Source: Thelocarpon superellum
Taxonomy: Eukaryota
Direction of reading: 5' to 3'
DNA: 64,000 nt
Assembly (NCBI GenBank): GCA_026025795.1
Contig: JAPEUG010000003.1
Location: 1 to 64,000 of the forward strand
Positions 23,772-37,601 of this stretch are shown in pieces (within the stretch, counting starts at the first letter, position 1; every line of letters begins with the position of its first letter). Made by a program: the position numbers and the translations under genes. The notes beneath the pieces were generated by a model. It searched no databases, was not told the DNA's origin, and was given only the letters and a program-made list of their open reading frames with translations.

Positions 23772-25405
23772 TCAGATCTTGACTTTCTTGGTCGCGGGCC
23801 CTTCGTCTCCGTTCGCATCGTCCAGGCCCCCGCCGTTCTTGAGCGTCTCCTCGCTGCTCTCGCCCGACAGACCGGCCTTTCTCTTCCCGGCCACGTCGAC
23901 ATCCGACACCGCGTGCGCTCGCTCCAGGAAATCGACATACCCGGCTTCAACGCTGTCGAGCACTTCTTCGAGCTTGTCCAGACGCTCTGGCCGGTCCAGC
24001 TGCGCCAGTGAATCGCGGTTGAATTTGTACAGGCGCTGCTTGGTGAGCAGACACCATCGCCTGTACTGCTGCTCCCATTCTGGATCGGTGGCGTTGGCGG
24101 TGCTCAGGGTGGGGGCGTTGGGGCCAGCGTGTGAAGATCGTCGGTATGGCGCGGGTATCCGCGAGAGGAGCTGCATCTCGACCAGTCGCTGGAATTGGCG
24201 GGGCGCGATCTTCGTCTTGGCTCGCAGCGCGTTAAGTATAGCGGGAGAGAGGAGTTCGTCGGTGGGAAGGCGGCCCTTCGAGGGGATTTGGACCGTGGTG
24301 TTGATGGAAAGAGAGGTGAATTCGGGGATTTGACGCAGCCGCGCTAAGTCGCAGAAGTCTCGGAGGTCGTCAAAGGATTCGTTGGGATCTTCAACCGTGA
24401 TTTCGTGGATGGACGGGTCCGCCATGAAGGCGGTCGTGAGCGCCGTGTAGAAATGAGACCCGTGACCTTGTCGGTGATAGGGCGGGAGGATCAGGAACTG
24501 GGAGATACGCTGCCGAGAAGGGAGCTCGGTATGGTCGGTCTGCGGAAAGGGGAAGGTAGGCTCAGAGCTAGATGGCTTGAGCGCCGTCTCTGGGCTCGTG
24601 GCGAGGAAGAAGTATCGGTAGGCGGTGCAATAACCAATGAAGGAATACGGCGCTTTCGTCGGATCTGAGACTTCTTCAAGCTTTTCGTATCTGTGCGAAA
24701 ATTTGATCAGCGTCAGTCGATCCCGAGGACTGAGTGGCGGCCTACAAGAGGAAGATACTCCATCGATGAAGGCTCCAGTCAGGATCCTCCAGGTGGATAT
24801 AGGTGCCTCCTTCGACGAAGAACGGGATGAATATTTGCATGTGGGTGAGGATGCGGCGGATAGCGGAGTCGGCCAATTGGCCGTGCCAGATCTCATATGT
24901 CTTGTTGTTGATCTTATAGCTTGACAGGAGCTTCCCCGGCGGATGAAAGTCCTTGGCCGACTTGTCTGTCTGGATCTCGTCATACCACTTGGGCAGCGGC
25001 TCGAACGACGCTACCCCGGACGGTCAGCAAGGCCATTGAAGGGCAGGATCGGGCTGGCTCACTCGGGGGCAACCATTCCTCCAAAGTCCCTTTGACGTCA
25101 GTCGCCACGGTGTCTTGCACCGCCGGATATTGTTTGTCCCACGTCACCGTGAGATTGGGTCGCAGGTCATGGGTGGCAAAGTGGAGGTTGATCCGGAGAT
25201 TTGAATAGCCAAAAATGGTTTGCGCCTCGCCGAAGATGGGGTAGGTGAACTGTGGATGGAACTTGGCGACGGTTTCGGCCGGCTTGGGACCGGGGCGGAC
25301 GAGAGAGATGGTGGTGGCTTTGTTCGCATCGGACGACCCTTTCCCTGATGAGCTGTCGTCCTGCGATTCTGCACGAACATACTTACATTCGGCTGAGTCG
25401 GCCAT
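23772..25405 (-). CDS. HAT1: Histone acetyltransferase type B catalytic subunit, 4 exons
   Basis: WSSDAN, FHPQFTYPIFGE, FFVEGG, RISQFLILPPYHRQGHG, EITVEDPNESFDDLRD, KIAPRQF. Confidence 0.93.
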
Positions 25406-26061
25406 GCTGAGAGACAGAGCCTGGGGGCGGGATCACACTTCAATCGGACGCGGGTGTGAAGAAGTCTTGACTGTGGTCGTGGGTGACAGCCAAGAAAAGA
25501 CGCGTGGTTGGCTTGATAGCGTTGCGTGCAGTGATGGCAAGCTAGCCAGTCTTCGGCCAACCAGTCGACTAACTACTTAGTGCCCTTCGTGCAGTTCTTA
25601 ACTGAATCTTGCATCGCCTTACGGCAAGGACAACGACGTCCCGTCGGCACTGACAAGCCCCAGGGAATTCACTGGACGGGTGATCTTTTCTACGGAAGCT
25701 GTTCTGCGTGCTATTATACAGCCAGGGTGGGTCTCATGCAGTGGCAGTCAGATGACAAGAGCTCCGACATGAAGCCCCTACAGCACGGGCCTGGTCAGAG
25801 AGGGTAAGATGCACGTAGTCCCCAGCTGCCAACCGAGACCCGTCCAGACTAATTCGGGAGCTGTTGGCCTCAAACAGCCCTGGGTTCAATCGCCAACGGA
25901 AAAAGTTCCTCGATGAAACGCCCTTCGCACCACGGATGCCCTTCTTGCCGCGGTCTTTGTACAACATGCCCCGATGTCATGAGAGGCCCGTGATGGCCGT
26001 GTATGTGACAGTGATCCAGTCTGCGTAGACCCCTTGGTGATCTCCGCCGCCGACGCCCATC

Positions 26062-27472
26062 ATGTTTGAAGGTCTTTTACTTCTGCTCAGCCTAGGCTTG
26101 GTCATGGCCACGGCGTAAGTGGCGTCGTCGCTCTGCGTGTCTCGATGTCATGCGCTGACCCGTACGCGCCGTCTCTAGCTCCTTCTTGGCCGGCTCCCTT
26201 CCTCTGACCTTCTCACTCACTCCCTCCCAACTTCGCCTCGTCACGACGCTTGGAATGGGGGTACTGGTGGGCACGTCGTTGATCGTCATCATCCCAGAGG
26301 GGATCGAGACCCTCTATTCCGCGGAGCAGGCACCCTCGTCCCATCACACGTGGGGGCTCCGCTCTTCCCATGCGCTTGACGTGCCGTGGCTCTCCGGCAT
26401 GTTGAACGAGCGGCGGACCTCAGTCAAAACCGTACGCGACGAGCAGGAGCCTGCGCCTATCGACGTGGACGCCTTCCACGCCCTACCTGGGCCAGTCCTT
26501 CCGGATGTGGCCCTCCCACCGCCGACCCCACACGTTGGTTCCAATGGCGTCATCACCTCATCGCACCCCGCAGGCTCTTCTACGGACGAGGGCCGAGGGG
26601 GCCATAAGTCGACACCTGCGGAGGATGGAACGCCACGGCCTTCACCGCATGCCTACGTGGGACTGTCGCTGATTGTGGGATTCATCCTCATGTACCTGAT
26701 CGATCAGCTCCCTCGTCACGCCTCGGCGCGGTCACACACCCGCCAACAGCCCTACCACATCTCGCTCGATAACCTGGCCCGTGGGCTATATCGGGCGTCG
26801 CCCAGGCGCGACGGTGGAGAGGAAGAGCAAAATTTAGAGACGGCGGCCTCATCGCGACAGTCGCGCAGCCTGTCGACGACCATTGGCTTGGTGATCCACG
26901 CCGCGGCGGACGGGATTGCGCTGGGCGCATCGTCGTCAACCCCCAATACCAACCTCGGCCTCATCGTGTTTCTGGCCATCATGGTCCACAAGGCGCCGGC
27001 TGCCTTTGGACTCACGTCGGTGCTGCTGAAGCAGGGGCTGACGAAGCGTGAGGCGAGGGCCCACCTGATTATTTTCAGCCTGGCGGCGCCCGTAGGGGCC
27101 ATAGCGACGTGGACATTACTGGGCCTGCTGGGGCGGGGGCCGATGGGTGGAGAAGCGAGCACGCAGTGGTGGACGGGCATCTTGCTTCTCTTTTCCGCCG
27201 GTACTTTCCTGTAGGTGCTCCGCCGGCGAAGGCGTATCGAGATGCACGGTGCGTAGTGCGCGACGACTGACGAACGGGACCCAACTAGATACGTCGCCAT
27301 GCACACGATGCAGGAAGAGAACCCCTCGGGGCACCATGAGCCTTCCAACGGATATGCCGATGGAGGCGGAGCTAGTGGAGCGCGCCGCGAGGCTCCGACG
27401 ATGCGTGATACGGCCGCTGCGGTCGTGGGGATGCTGCTGCCACTCCTCACACAGATCGGCCACCAACATTGA
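26062..27472 (+). CDS. ATX2: ZIP-family metal transporter, Atx2/ZIP9-like, 3 exons
   Basis: GVLVGTSLIVIIPEG, GLVIHAAADGIALG, HKAPAAFGL, LFSAGTFLYVAMH. Two canonical introns. Confidence 0.82.
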
Positions 27473-27914
27473 CCCCGGTGTGTCCTGAGTGACGTTTATC
27501 ATGTCCAGTGTCCGCGTGCCGAAGCGTCGACGCAGAACAGGACTCGGCTTAGAGATCAGCGAGGCGTTGGACATGGCCCTGGTTCGGTTATGGCAGGTGG
27601 GGCTCGATCTTGTACGGTGCCGCTTTCTCCGTGTTTGTCGGTATTCAGCAGGCAGGTAGGCGCCTGCCTGAGTATTGACCTCGTCGTTGAGAGTACATAC
27701 TCGGGTCCTGAACCACCGGATTGAATCTTCCTCGTTCCCTGCAGTCTGGAATCGCAATGTGGCCCTCCTTTCATCCTGGGTGACTGCATGTTACTTGACA
27801 TCTCTCAGCAATCGTCACTGAATCCTTTCTCTTCAAGTCATTTTCAACCACAACACTAAAGAGCTTTCTCGTACATCGTAACATCCTCGCTTGCCTTCGG
27901 TCGCGGGCTAGAAA

Positions 27915-28577
27915 ATGCACCTCCTGGCGATGGCTCCGTGGTTGATGATCCTGGCCTTGGTCCGCTTTGCCGCGTGCCTTCCATCTCCTCTCTCTCGTAC
28001 GTGGTCGCCCTAAGCACAGACATGCTAACCCGCACTTCCGTCGCATGGGTACAACGCTGACCAGGCTTCAGCGATATCATCTTCAAGGACCTACGTCACC
28101 CGACATCGACGCAGCGGACTCGCCTCCTATGCTCGCACCCCTGCCGTCTTCCCGCCCGCTAGCACCATCTCGGTCCCACCTGTTGCGTCTTTTACATCAG
28201 AATCGGACGCTACGTGGGGGGTACCCACCCCGACCAGCGCCTCCGCGACGCTCGATTCATCGACCAGCGAGGTCTTCGCCTGGGTCTCTCCATCTTATGG
28301 CCCGCTACCGAGCATGACGACCTCGACCATCTCCACCTCGATCAGCCTCGCACCTCCCGCAACTAGTCCGCCGCCTCCTAGTTTGCCTACATACAGCATG
28401 CCTTGGTCCAATGCCTCATCTCAAACCACTTCCTCGACGAGTGATGCGACCCTGAGCCAAGCTCCCACGGACCCCATCTCAATTGGTGTGCCGTTGATTC
28501 CGAACCCTTTCCCCAACCTGGGTGGCTTCATACCTCCCCCCACGACCGATCCCGACGGTAGCGCGGACGACTTCTAG
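27915..28577 (+). CDS. Putative secreted Ser/Thr/Pro-rich protein (about 195 aa), 2 exons
   Basis: Exon 1 MHLLAMAPWLMILALVRFAACLPSPLS is signal-peptide-like. Intron 27997-28071 (GTACGT..CTGAC..CAG) joins in frame to an open S/T/P-rich exon that includes ORF 28314..28577. Confidence 0.55.
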
Positions 28578-30250
28578 AAGTTGATGACATGACTATGGCC
28601 AGGGTCAACGGACGAAGCACCCTGGACGCCGGCCGACCGCGACCATTTGCTTGCGTTCGCTCCAAAACATTGCATGGACAATCGCTCGCGCGGTCATGAT
28701 TGCATTCTAGAGCAGCTGCAGCTGTACCATGCCGCATGATAATGATAGAATAATAAAACATCCGGGCCTCAGCCCTGGGAGAGGTGGCGATCAGTCCCCT
28801 AACTGGCATAATCGCTTAGCGGCGGCAAATGGCGCAAGGGTGGCGCGAGGAGTCGCCGGTAAGCGACACCTAGGCGAGGGGTAACGAGGTCCGTCCCTCC
28901 CCCTTCGCTCGCACGCCCACCGATAACAGGTGCAGGCGCAGGCGAAACCGGGTTGCACGCACTACGGATGCGGTGTGGCTGCCCCTGACATTTCCATCGC
29001 CCCTACGGCCAAGTCTGGCCCCGTTTGAACGGCCCTGGCGTGCCCGCAACCCAATAGGGTCATCTCCCACCGACGCCACCGTTTCTCCCACCGCACCCTC
29101 TTCCTGCGCTGCTCGTACTACAGACGCAGCCTGGGTGGGGGAGGAAGGAGGAGGGGGGACGATCGAGAGAATCGAAAAACAATGCTCGTGGCGATGGCCT
29201 CTAAGCGCTCGTCGATAGTGATCTATGTATAGGATCCCCGATCTCCCCACCACCTTCCCTGTCCATGCAGACCGACCTTGTCCGGGGAGCAGGACGGGGC
29301 GTTGCGGTTCGATCATCACCAGAACCAAGCGGCCGCTGCTGCTGATGCATCATGGCCGAGTGATGGTCGGCTGGTCGGCTGGTCGTCTGCTCCTCGGACT
29401 GTACTAAGCACTCGTAGTCCGCTGGTAATCGTGAGGCCAACCTTTTCCGTGGAGGCTGCGAAATTCGACATAAAAGTCCGCCGCGGATGGTACGTCCCTA
29501 AAAGCAGACTGGCACCGGGAGCGCTCGTGAGCAATTGCATGCAGTTGCCGAAGGCAACCCAGGCGGCCGTCGTGCTCTTCATCCTGTACGGAGGGAGAAG
29601 GCGCCACCAACCCGTTTGCCGCACTCGGACCTGGCCGTGCCCTGCTTCGGTCGGCGTCGGTCCCGCCACGAGTTGAAGGTTGAGACGCCCGAGGGCCCTA
29701 TCCGCGACGAAGGAGTTGGCCTTGCCTAAGGTCGTGGTCTGATCTGCACCGCACCGCTGCACTACCTGGGTGGTACACGGGAATTTGCGCACGCGCCGGC
29801 CATGCACCTCGTACCGCACACCGTACCTCCCGCCTCCATTCCTCTCCCGCCCAAGCGAAACTGTCACCCGCCATCAACATACCTGTACACTACGACTGTG
29901 GCAGATCGAACCCATTTCCCCCAATTCGCCATCCCTCGCGCACGAATTCGTCAGTGACGACGACTGCCCTCTTCCTCCACCCTGCTCGCATGCCATTCGC
30001 TGTCGGGCCGTCGTCTCTCTGGTGTTTCGCAGGTGCTGGTTCACATGGCGTCGCTGCTGCTGCTCTGTTAAGTACTCGCTCGCCGCCGGCTCCTTCCTTC
30101 CAGTAGCCGACCACTACCACCGCGGCCGCCGCACGCCCACCCCGCAGCCTCGACTCGCCCGCGGCGTGCACCCTCGAGCGAAGGCAGCCGGCGTCTGGTC
30201 TCCAGCTCGCGGCTTCCGTCGCCGTGCTCAGACACCTCCGCTCCGAGGCC

Positions 30251-32460
30251 ATGGAGGGCGCGTACGTGCATCCGCTGAGCGTCAGCCAGCAGCGAGCCTC
30301 CTTCATCGAGTCCGACGACGATGAGATCTCGCCCACGATGCCATCCCCAAGCCCCATCGGCTCCTCCTCGCCGTCGCGCCTCTCCCGACGACACGACTCG
30401 GCCACGCATTCGCACGCCCACCCGCGGCCGCTCCCGACGCCCAGCCGGCCGCTGGCCTCTCCGATCCCGCACAATCACTTACCGTCGGCGCCCGCCTCAC
30501 CACCCACGCCCGCCCCGAGCCCGACGCCCCACCAACGCGCCCCCAGCTGGACCAACGCCGGCGAGAACGAGGATGCCTTCTTGCGGGACGCGCGGTCACA
30601 CTTCAGTCGCCTCGACGCGGGTGAACGGCAGCGATTCCTGGCCGAGGTGCTCAATTTGTGCGATAGCCACCAGCTGAGCTTTGTCCATAGCTTCGTCAGC
30701 CCGCGGCTGAAGAAGGACCCCTTCAACATCTTGCCGAACGAGCTCTGTCTGCGCATCTTGGCCTTTGTCGACGACCCCAAGACCTTGGCTCGGGCGTCGC
30801 AGGTGTCGCAGCGCTGGCATGAGCTCCTCAGCGACGACCTCACGTGGAAGATCCTGTGCGACAAGCATGCCTACCGGCGCCTGTCCGAGGCTTCGATCGA
30901 GAACCTCAAACAGTTCTTCGAGTCGCCCACGACGGCGCTCAGCCCACGCGTCATGGGCTACCCGGCCCGGTCGCGCCCAACCAGCCTCATCGGCTCCATC
31001 GACGCGGCCTTTATGGGTGCCTCCAGCAGCGCGCCGGGTCTGACGACCAAACGCGTCGATAGCGGGTCGCTCTCCCAGTCCGGGCACGCTCGGCACAAGG
31101 CCCTGTCGTACAAGTCGCACTTCAAGCAGCGCTACATGGTCGAGACGGCATGGCGGACGGGCGGGCGGGCCATCTGCCGTCACGTCACGCCCGACCAGGG
31201 CGTGGTGACGAGCCTGCATCTGACGTCCAAGTACATCGTCGTCGCGCTCGACAATGCCAAGATCCACGTCTTCGATCCCGATGGCGAGCATCAGAAGACC
31301 TTGAGTGGGCACGTCATGGGCGTGTGGGCCATGGTCCCCTGGGGCGACATCTTGGTCAGCGGTGGCTGTGATCGGGACGTGCGGGTGTGGGATATGTCGA
31401 CCGGGTAGGACGGGCTCCGATCGCGCGCGCGCACGCACAGGAACGGCGACGCTGACGAAGATGACTTCTAGGGAGAGCGTGCACACCCTGCGGGGCCACA
31501 CCTCTACCGTGCGCTGCCTGAAGATGTCGAACGATGGACTCGCTATCTCGGGCTCGCGCGACACGACCTTGCGGGTGTGGGACATTGAGACGGGACTCTG
31601 CAAGAATGTGTTGGTGGGACATCAGGCCAGCGTGCGGTGCCTGGAGATTAAAGACGACCTTGTCGTGTCGGGCAGCTACGACACCACGGCGCGGGTGTGG
31701 AGCATCTCAGAGGGTCGGTGCCTCCGGGTGCTGAATGGCCACTACAGCCAGATCTACGCCATTGCGTTTGACGGCAATCGTATTGCCACCGGCAGCTTGG
31801 ACACGAGTGTCCGGATCTGGGATCCACATACCGGGTGCGCGATCCCGTTTGTCTTCTCGTCCGTTGATACCGACTGACGTGGGGAACCAGACAATGTCAA
31901 GCCATCTTGCAGGGACACACGTCACTGGTCGGGCAGCTGCAGATGCGGGGGCAGACCCTCGTGACGGGCGGCTCGGATGGCTCCGTGCGCGTTTGGTCGC
32001 TCAAGAAGATGGCGCCCATCCACCGGCTGGCAGCGCATGACAACAGCGTGACCAGCCTTCAGTTCGACGAGACCCGCGTCGTCAGTGGCGGCAGTGACGG
32101 GCGGGTCAAGGTGTGGGACCTCAAGACGGGTCAGCTGGTGCGGGAACTCAGCACGCCGGCACAAGCGGTGTGGCGAGTCGCATTTGAGGAGGAAAAGGCC
32201 GTCATCATGGCGAGTCGGCAGGACCGGACCATTATGGAGGTGCGTATGGACGACGAGGCGAGCGGACACCGCGCTGATGCCTTTTCTACTTGCAGGTCTG
32301 GTCTTTTTCTCCGCCCGAGGAGGTCTTGGGCGTGCCGGAGCGGTCATCGAGTCCGATGAGTCTTCCGGAAGAATTGGTGCGAGGCGCGCCCGACGACGAC
32401 ACGACCATGTCGGACGCTTTTGACGCTCGACGGGTGTCCCATTCATCCCGCGCAATATGA
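30251..32460 (+). CDS. F-box/WD40-repeat protein (Cdc4/Sel-10-like SCF substrate receptor), 4 exons
   Basis: F-box DPFNILPNELCLRILAFV...ASQVSQRW followed by GH...WD repeats (SGGCDRDVRVWD, SGSRDTTLRVWD, SGSYDTTARVW, TGSLDTSVRIWD, SGGSDGRVKVWD). Confidence 0.88.
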
Positions 32461-32892
32461 CTTTGGAAAGGACATTGGGAATCGGCGCCATGGCCAGGGG
32501 GGGTTGCTCTTGGATGATGAGATGAGGAGGGATGATGCGAGGGAGGGATGATGCGACGGTCTTCTGGATAGAAGGATGCATTACGTTTCGTGGCGGTGGT
32601 TCGCACGGCGACAATGGTCTACCATGCCTCGGTCTCAGATCGTCTCATCCGTCCATCGATGAGCCACTCATTCCGTCTCTGGTCGCATCTCACGCGTCTG
32701 GTGGGATGTTTCCTTTCCTCGTGCTTTCTGCTGTCGGCGGGCGGACGTGTACATCCAAATCACATGATTATCCGCAGATGAGATCCTCACTCGTGTGTCT
32801 ACGGTAAAAGCGTTAGATGTAACTGATACTCTGTACGGCGTACATGTGGGATGGATGGACGATACGGCGTGAAGCTTGGGACTTAGGTAGCA

Positions 32893-32902
32893 GTCACGTG
32901 AC
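32893..32902. promoter_or_regulatory. Palindromic E-box GTCACGTGAC upstream of the phosphate carrier gene
   Basis: Perfect 10-bp palindrome about 265 bp upstream of the ATG at 33165. Confidence 0.4.
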
Positions 32903-33164
32903 ATCGAGAGGTGACGTATCGGATATAGTGGAGATTGGTGGGGGAGCTCCCCACTAGCGACATCCGGGGGACGCCACGCAACTTGCGAGTACCAGACGCA
33001 AGAGGAGAGTTACCGGATTTACCGGGAGAGCGAGAGTCCAAGTGATCCGATACAAGCGACCAAGGTCCCCCCCCCCACGCACCACCCGTCCGTACCTCCG
33101 CCGCGCCCTACCACGTCCACTCCATCGACCAGCTCCCCCGACCATCCCATCCCGGTCTGTCACG

Positions 33165-34436
33165 ATGTCGAATCCCCAATTGAAGATCAAGCCGCCAACA
33201 AGGAGCATTGAGCTCTATTCGGGCACGTATTTTGGCGCATGTGCCTTGGGCGGCGTTCTTGGTAGGTCGACCCACGCAACGTCATTGCAACCCGGACTGA
33301 TAAGGCCGTCTTCATCTAGCTTGCGGCCCCACGCATACGGCGGGTAAGTCATCCCCCGGGTGCATCGGGTGCATCCGTGGCCCAGAAGGGACGATGAGAC
33401 TGATGGCGATTGGCTAGTGACGCCCCTCGACCTGGTCAAGACCCGGCGTCAGGTGGACCCGAAGCTCTACACGAGCAACGTCAGCGCATGGCGGAGCATC
33501 TACAAGGCTGAGGGCCTGCGCGGCGTCTTCTTTGGCTGGTCGCCGACCTTTGTGGGCTACTCGTTCCAGGGCGGCGGCAAATATGGCTTCTACGAAGTCT
33601 TCAAATACCTGTATGGCGATCAGATATTCCCCGGCATGAACAAGACGGTGGTCTACCTGGGCGCGAGCGCCAGCGCGGAGTTCCTCGCCGATCTCGCCTT
33701 GTGTCCCTTTGAGGCGGTCAAAGTGCGGATGCAGACGACCTTACCGCCGTACGCCAGTACGCTGCGGGAGGGATGGTCGAAGATTGTCGCGCAAGAGGGC
33801 TACGCGGGGTAGGACGCCCTGGCCTCCATGAGCTCCACGGCATACCACGACTGACTCTCTTGTACGCAGCTTATACAAGGGGCTGTATCCGCTCTGGGCC
33901 CGACAGATTCCCTACACGATGGTGAAGTTCGCGACGTTTGAGAAGACGGTGGAGGGTATCTACCGCTACCTGGGCAAGCCCAAGGAGAGCTACAACGCCT
34001 TGCAGCAGACGGGGGTTAGTTTCCTGGGAGGTTACATTGCGGGAATCGGGTGTGCAGTCGTCAGCCATCCGGCCGATGTTATGGTCAGCAAACTGAATGC
34101 CGAGCGCAAGGGTTGGTCCACCTCGTCCATGCTGGATCCGTCACAAACTAACCCGGATGGAAACGATAGCGGGCGAAGGCGTCGGAGCAGTTGTGTCGCG
34201 GATCTATGGGCGAATTGGATTCATGGGGCTGTGGAACGGATTGACCGTGCGGATCTTGATGCTGGGTGAGTTCCAACCTTCCTTTCCCTCGGCTGGGCAT
34301 CTGCGCATAGAGAGTCGCTAGCTTCGGAAACAGCTGACAAGATGACGGGCGAAAAGGCACACTCACCGGCTTCCAATGGCTGATCTACGACTCGTTCAAG
34401 ATGACCATGGGTCTCCCTACCACGGGGGGTCATTAG
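33165..34436 (+). CDS. Mitochondrial phosphate carrier (Pic2/Mir1 family), 6 exons
   Basis: [79 protein letters not shown]. Includes a 24-nt exon. Confidence 0.92.
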
Positions 34437-34683
34437 GGGGCCGTTACTTGATAGATGGGAAGGGGAAGAGGGATCTCGTTATCACTGTCGGGTCTGTAGT
34501 CGTTCATTTATTTCAATTCGATTCGCTTGAGTCTGTGTCGTGAGAAATGTAGGAAGAGGGTCATCAGTATCAATGTCAGTGTCAGTATCAGTGCCGGTGT
34601 CACATGACATCAGTATCAGAGAAGCAGAGGGGACGGAAGAAAGCAATAGGTTAGTCGAATGATATTACAGTTACATGTATCTA

Positions 34684-36925
34684 TCACTCGAGTAGCAGGT
34701 CCAACGCATCCAGGATTCCATGCCGAATGGACCGATAAGGCGTGCGCACATTGATGGGCAGTTTCTCATATACCTTGATTGAGAGATCGTAGGTTGTTTT
34801 CTGCATCGTTGCTTTCCTTCTCCCCATCTTCTCATTCTTCTTCTCTTCCAGCTCTCTCTTTTCCGCTTCCTCATATTTCTCCCCTTTTCCCCTCTCCTTT
34901 TTATCTTCTTCATTCTCCGATGAGGACAAGTGCACCGCGGCGAGGGCAGAAGCGACCCCTATCACGTCGACCCACGCCTCGGGTGCCGAGTTGGCAGCGG
35001 TAAGCTTGACGAGATCTAGTAAGATGAGGAGGATGTCTATTCCCTCGTCGATGTCGTCGTCCGTATCCGGGCTTTTCTTCCTTGTAGTGATTGGGTTGGT
35101 AGGATCAGAGGTTGCGCTGGTTATGTTTGCGGCGTTGGCGGCGGTAGTAGTAGTGCGGGTGGTAGGGGTTGGAAGAGTGGTGGCGCCGAGATTGAACGTG
35201 GGTGTGAGAACCGACTTGGCATCTCCCCATAGCAACGCCCATCCGTCCTCTTGCAAGAACGCACTCCGGCCCTCTTCCGTCTCCAGGAGTCCCTCCAAGG
35301 CTATCAGGACCGGTGAGCGGAAGTCTGCCCGTGATCCTCCCCACGTCACTCCCTTCCCCTCGCCCTCTCCATTCTGCTTCATATTCTGTTCCTTCCCGTC
35401 ACGACTGAAGCGATACAACCCCATCAACACGTCCATGATCCCGACAGCCTCCTTGCGCAAACTCTCGTTATCGTCGTCACGAAGCCAGAGCGAAAGCGTA
35501 CGCAGCTCCGCCAACGTCAGCGGGTCCTGTGTTACGCGGTGTTCTGTTGCGGTGCTGTCCCATGGTAGACTGAGCACTGAGCCGGTTGGGGCGACAGTGT
35601 CGGGGGATGGTCGCGCAGAGGGATGTAGCCCCGCGACGCCCGTGATGGCGTTGTCGTACCGGTCGCGCAGATACTCGATCGTGAGGGAGAGCGTCTCGGC
35701 GATGTCGCGCCGGAGCTTGAGTAGGAGGTCGGGCGAGAGGTTTAGGGTGACGTGGTGTCGGTCATCGTCGTCTTCGTCTTCGTCGTCGAGGCTGTGCAAG
35801 AGGAAGCCGATGAATGCAGATACAATATCATATGACGCTGAAAGCCGCTGCGAGATGTCTGCGTAATCTGGTGAGTTGAGAAGTTCGAGGAGTGATGGTA
35901 GGGTGGCGCGGATGTCGATGAGGTTGAGGTTCAGGAAGATGTAGACAAAGGGTGGAGCATCGGGTGATCCTTTCTCGAGAGGTGTACCGAAGATGAGGGG
36001 TGGAAAGGTCGTTGGACAGAGTTGCAGTAAGCTCGCTGATAGTAATGTACAGGCTCTGCGAGCGGCAAAAGTTGGCCGTGTAGACATTAAGACTCGGATG
36101 CGCTGTGTCAATGGGGCAAGCCATGATGGAAAGGGGAGAAGCATCTAGCCGCTCTATCAGTAGGAGAGATATCGTTAGGCAAGATGCTCTCACCTCTGGA
36201 CCGATATTGGGGAGAAGACCAGCCAGATACTCCAGTAGTTGTTGAGACTGTCCCTTTTTGAAGGATGCCACCAGAGTTGACATGATCTTGTCAAAGCTAT
36301 GACGGATCGTTCGTTCCATCAAGACCCGCGTGGCCCCATCCCGGACCAGGTAGTCGATCACTTGTAACGCCAAGGGTTCCTCGGGAGCCATGTGCACAAT
36401 GGGCGATAGGTCTGCGAGCGTCCACAGCGCGGCGGCTCCCTGTGGCTGACTCGCAAACGTCAACAGGCTCTGTAGGATTTGGGTGGTGGTATTGGAAGCA
36501 CTACCCTTGATCAATCCTCTTCGCCTTGAGAGCATGGCGGATATGACCTACCTCCGGGGCAGTGCAGCGACCAGCCCAGCACTCCTTCCCACAAGCTTCT
36601 CCTGACCCTCGGCGTCGGACGGTAAAAGGACGGTGAAGGCGTAGATGACGGCGACTGCCAAAGCTCTCATATCCTTGGCCTGCTCGGCCGATGTCTTTCT
36701 GCTCACCGACGCACGAAGTAGCCGGTCTAGAAAGGTGGGAGAGATGGCGGTCCAGCATCGTGCGATGGTCTCTGGATCATCTCGGAGCCTATCTTGATTG
36801 TCGAGGAGAGATTTGAGAAGTGCCAGTCCCACAAACCGGGACGTGTCATTCTTGGTCTTGAGAAGGGCGAGCGTTTGCCCTAGAGAGGCGGCGGCCAGCC
36901 CAGGAGTAGCCTGCGTATCTGCCAT
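34684..36925 (-). CDS. Neurochondrin-like (DUF1941) protein, 3 exons
   Basis: N-terminal LLKTKNDTSRFVGLALLKSLLD and FLDRLLRA, later DIRATLPSLL and LWLRDDDNESLRKEA. Two canonical introns. Confidence 0.7.
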
Positions 36926-37601
36926 TGCATCTGAACGTCAAGGAACTGAGCGGATACGGAGAAGAGACGGCTCAACCTGACATGTTGCAAACTGCATGGA
37001 ACTCTTTGGCGGGGTTGCTGCGAACGTCTTAAGTTCGGAGTTTTAGGAGCCACAGCCGCGAGAGTGGCAATGACTAGCTGTAGTCGTGTCACGAGCGATG
37101 TCAGGAGCTTGCATTTCACTTTACAGCTCTACGTGGGGCTGGGGGTAACAACTGGACGAGACCTTGCGGCACAGCTGCCGGATGATATGATCTACCCCTC
37201 GGGATCTGGCTCTTGAGTTTAGGGTTCGAGATGATCGCCCACTGCTACAGGGAGGTCCCTAGTTATGGGTCGCTAGAGCAGTACTCGTAAAGTCTCTAGC
37301 AAACTTGTAGCTGGAGCCCTCCCCAACAGAGGCGACACTTTCCACCGAGTCTGCTCGTACGAGTACTTGTGCGAGGATTGCCAGCAACCGCCGCTATCTG
37401 GGGCGGCTTACGTTAATAAGTATCGCCTTTCCCGCGTTGTTTCACTTCGTTCGACACACCGAATCCAGCAGTCGCCTGTGGAATGTCCACGCCTGACAGT
37501 TTACCGCAGATCCTTATCAAGCCTCAGACACCAGACATCACATACCACATACCACAACGTCGGACCGGGAAACCTGGCTAGTGCCTGGAACGGTTATCCT
37601 G

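Noticed and set aside
25860..25900. GGTTCAATC resembling a tRNA T-loop/B-box (similar words at about 9385 and 37222)
   Set aside because: I could not build a cloverleaf, acceptor stem or A-box around it.
37100..37600. Possible transposon relic flanking the RBR gene
   Set aside because: No terminal repeats, target-site duplication or transposase/RT remnants were recognisable.
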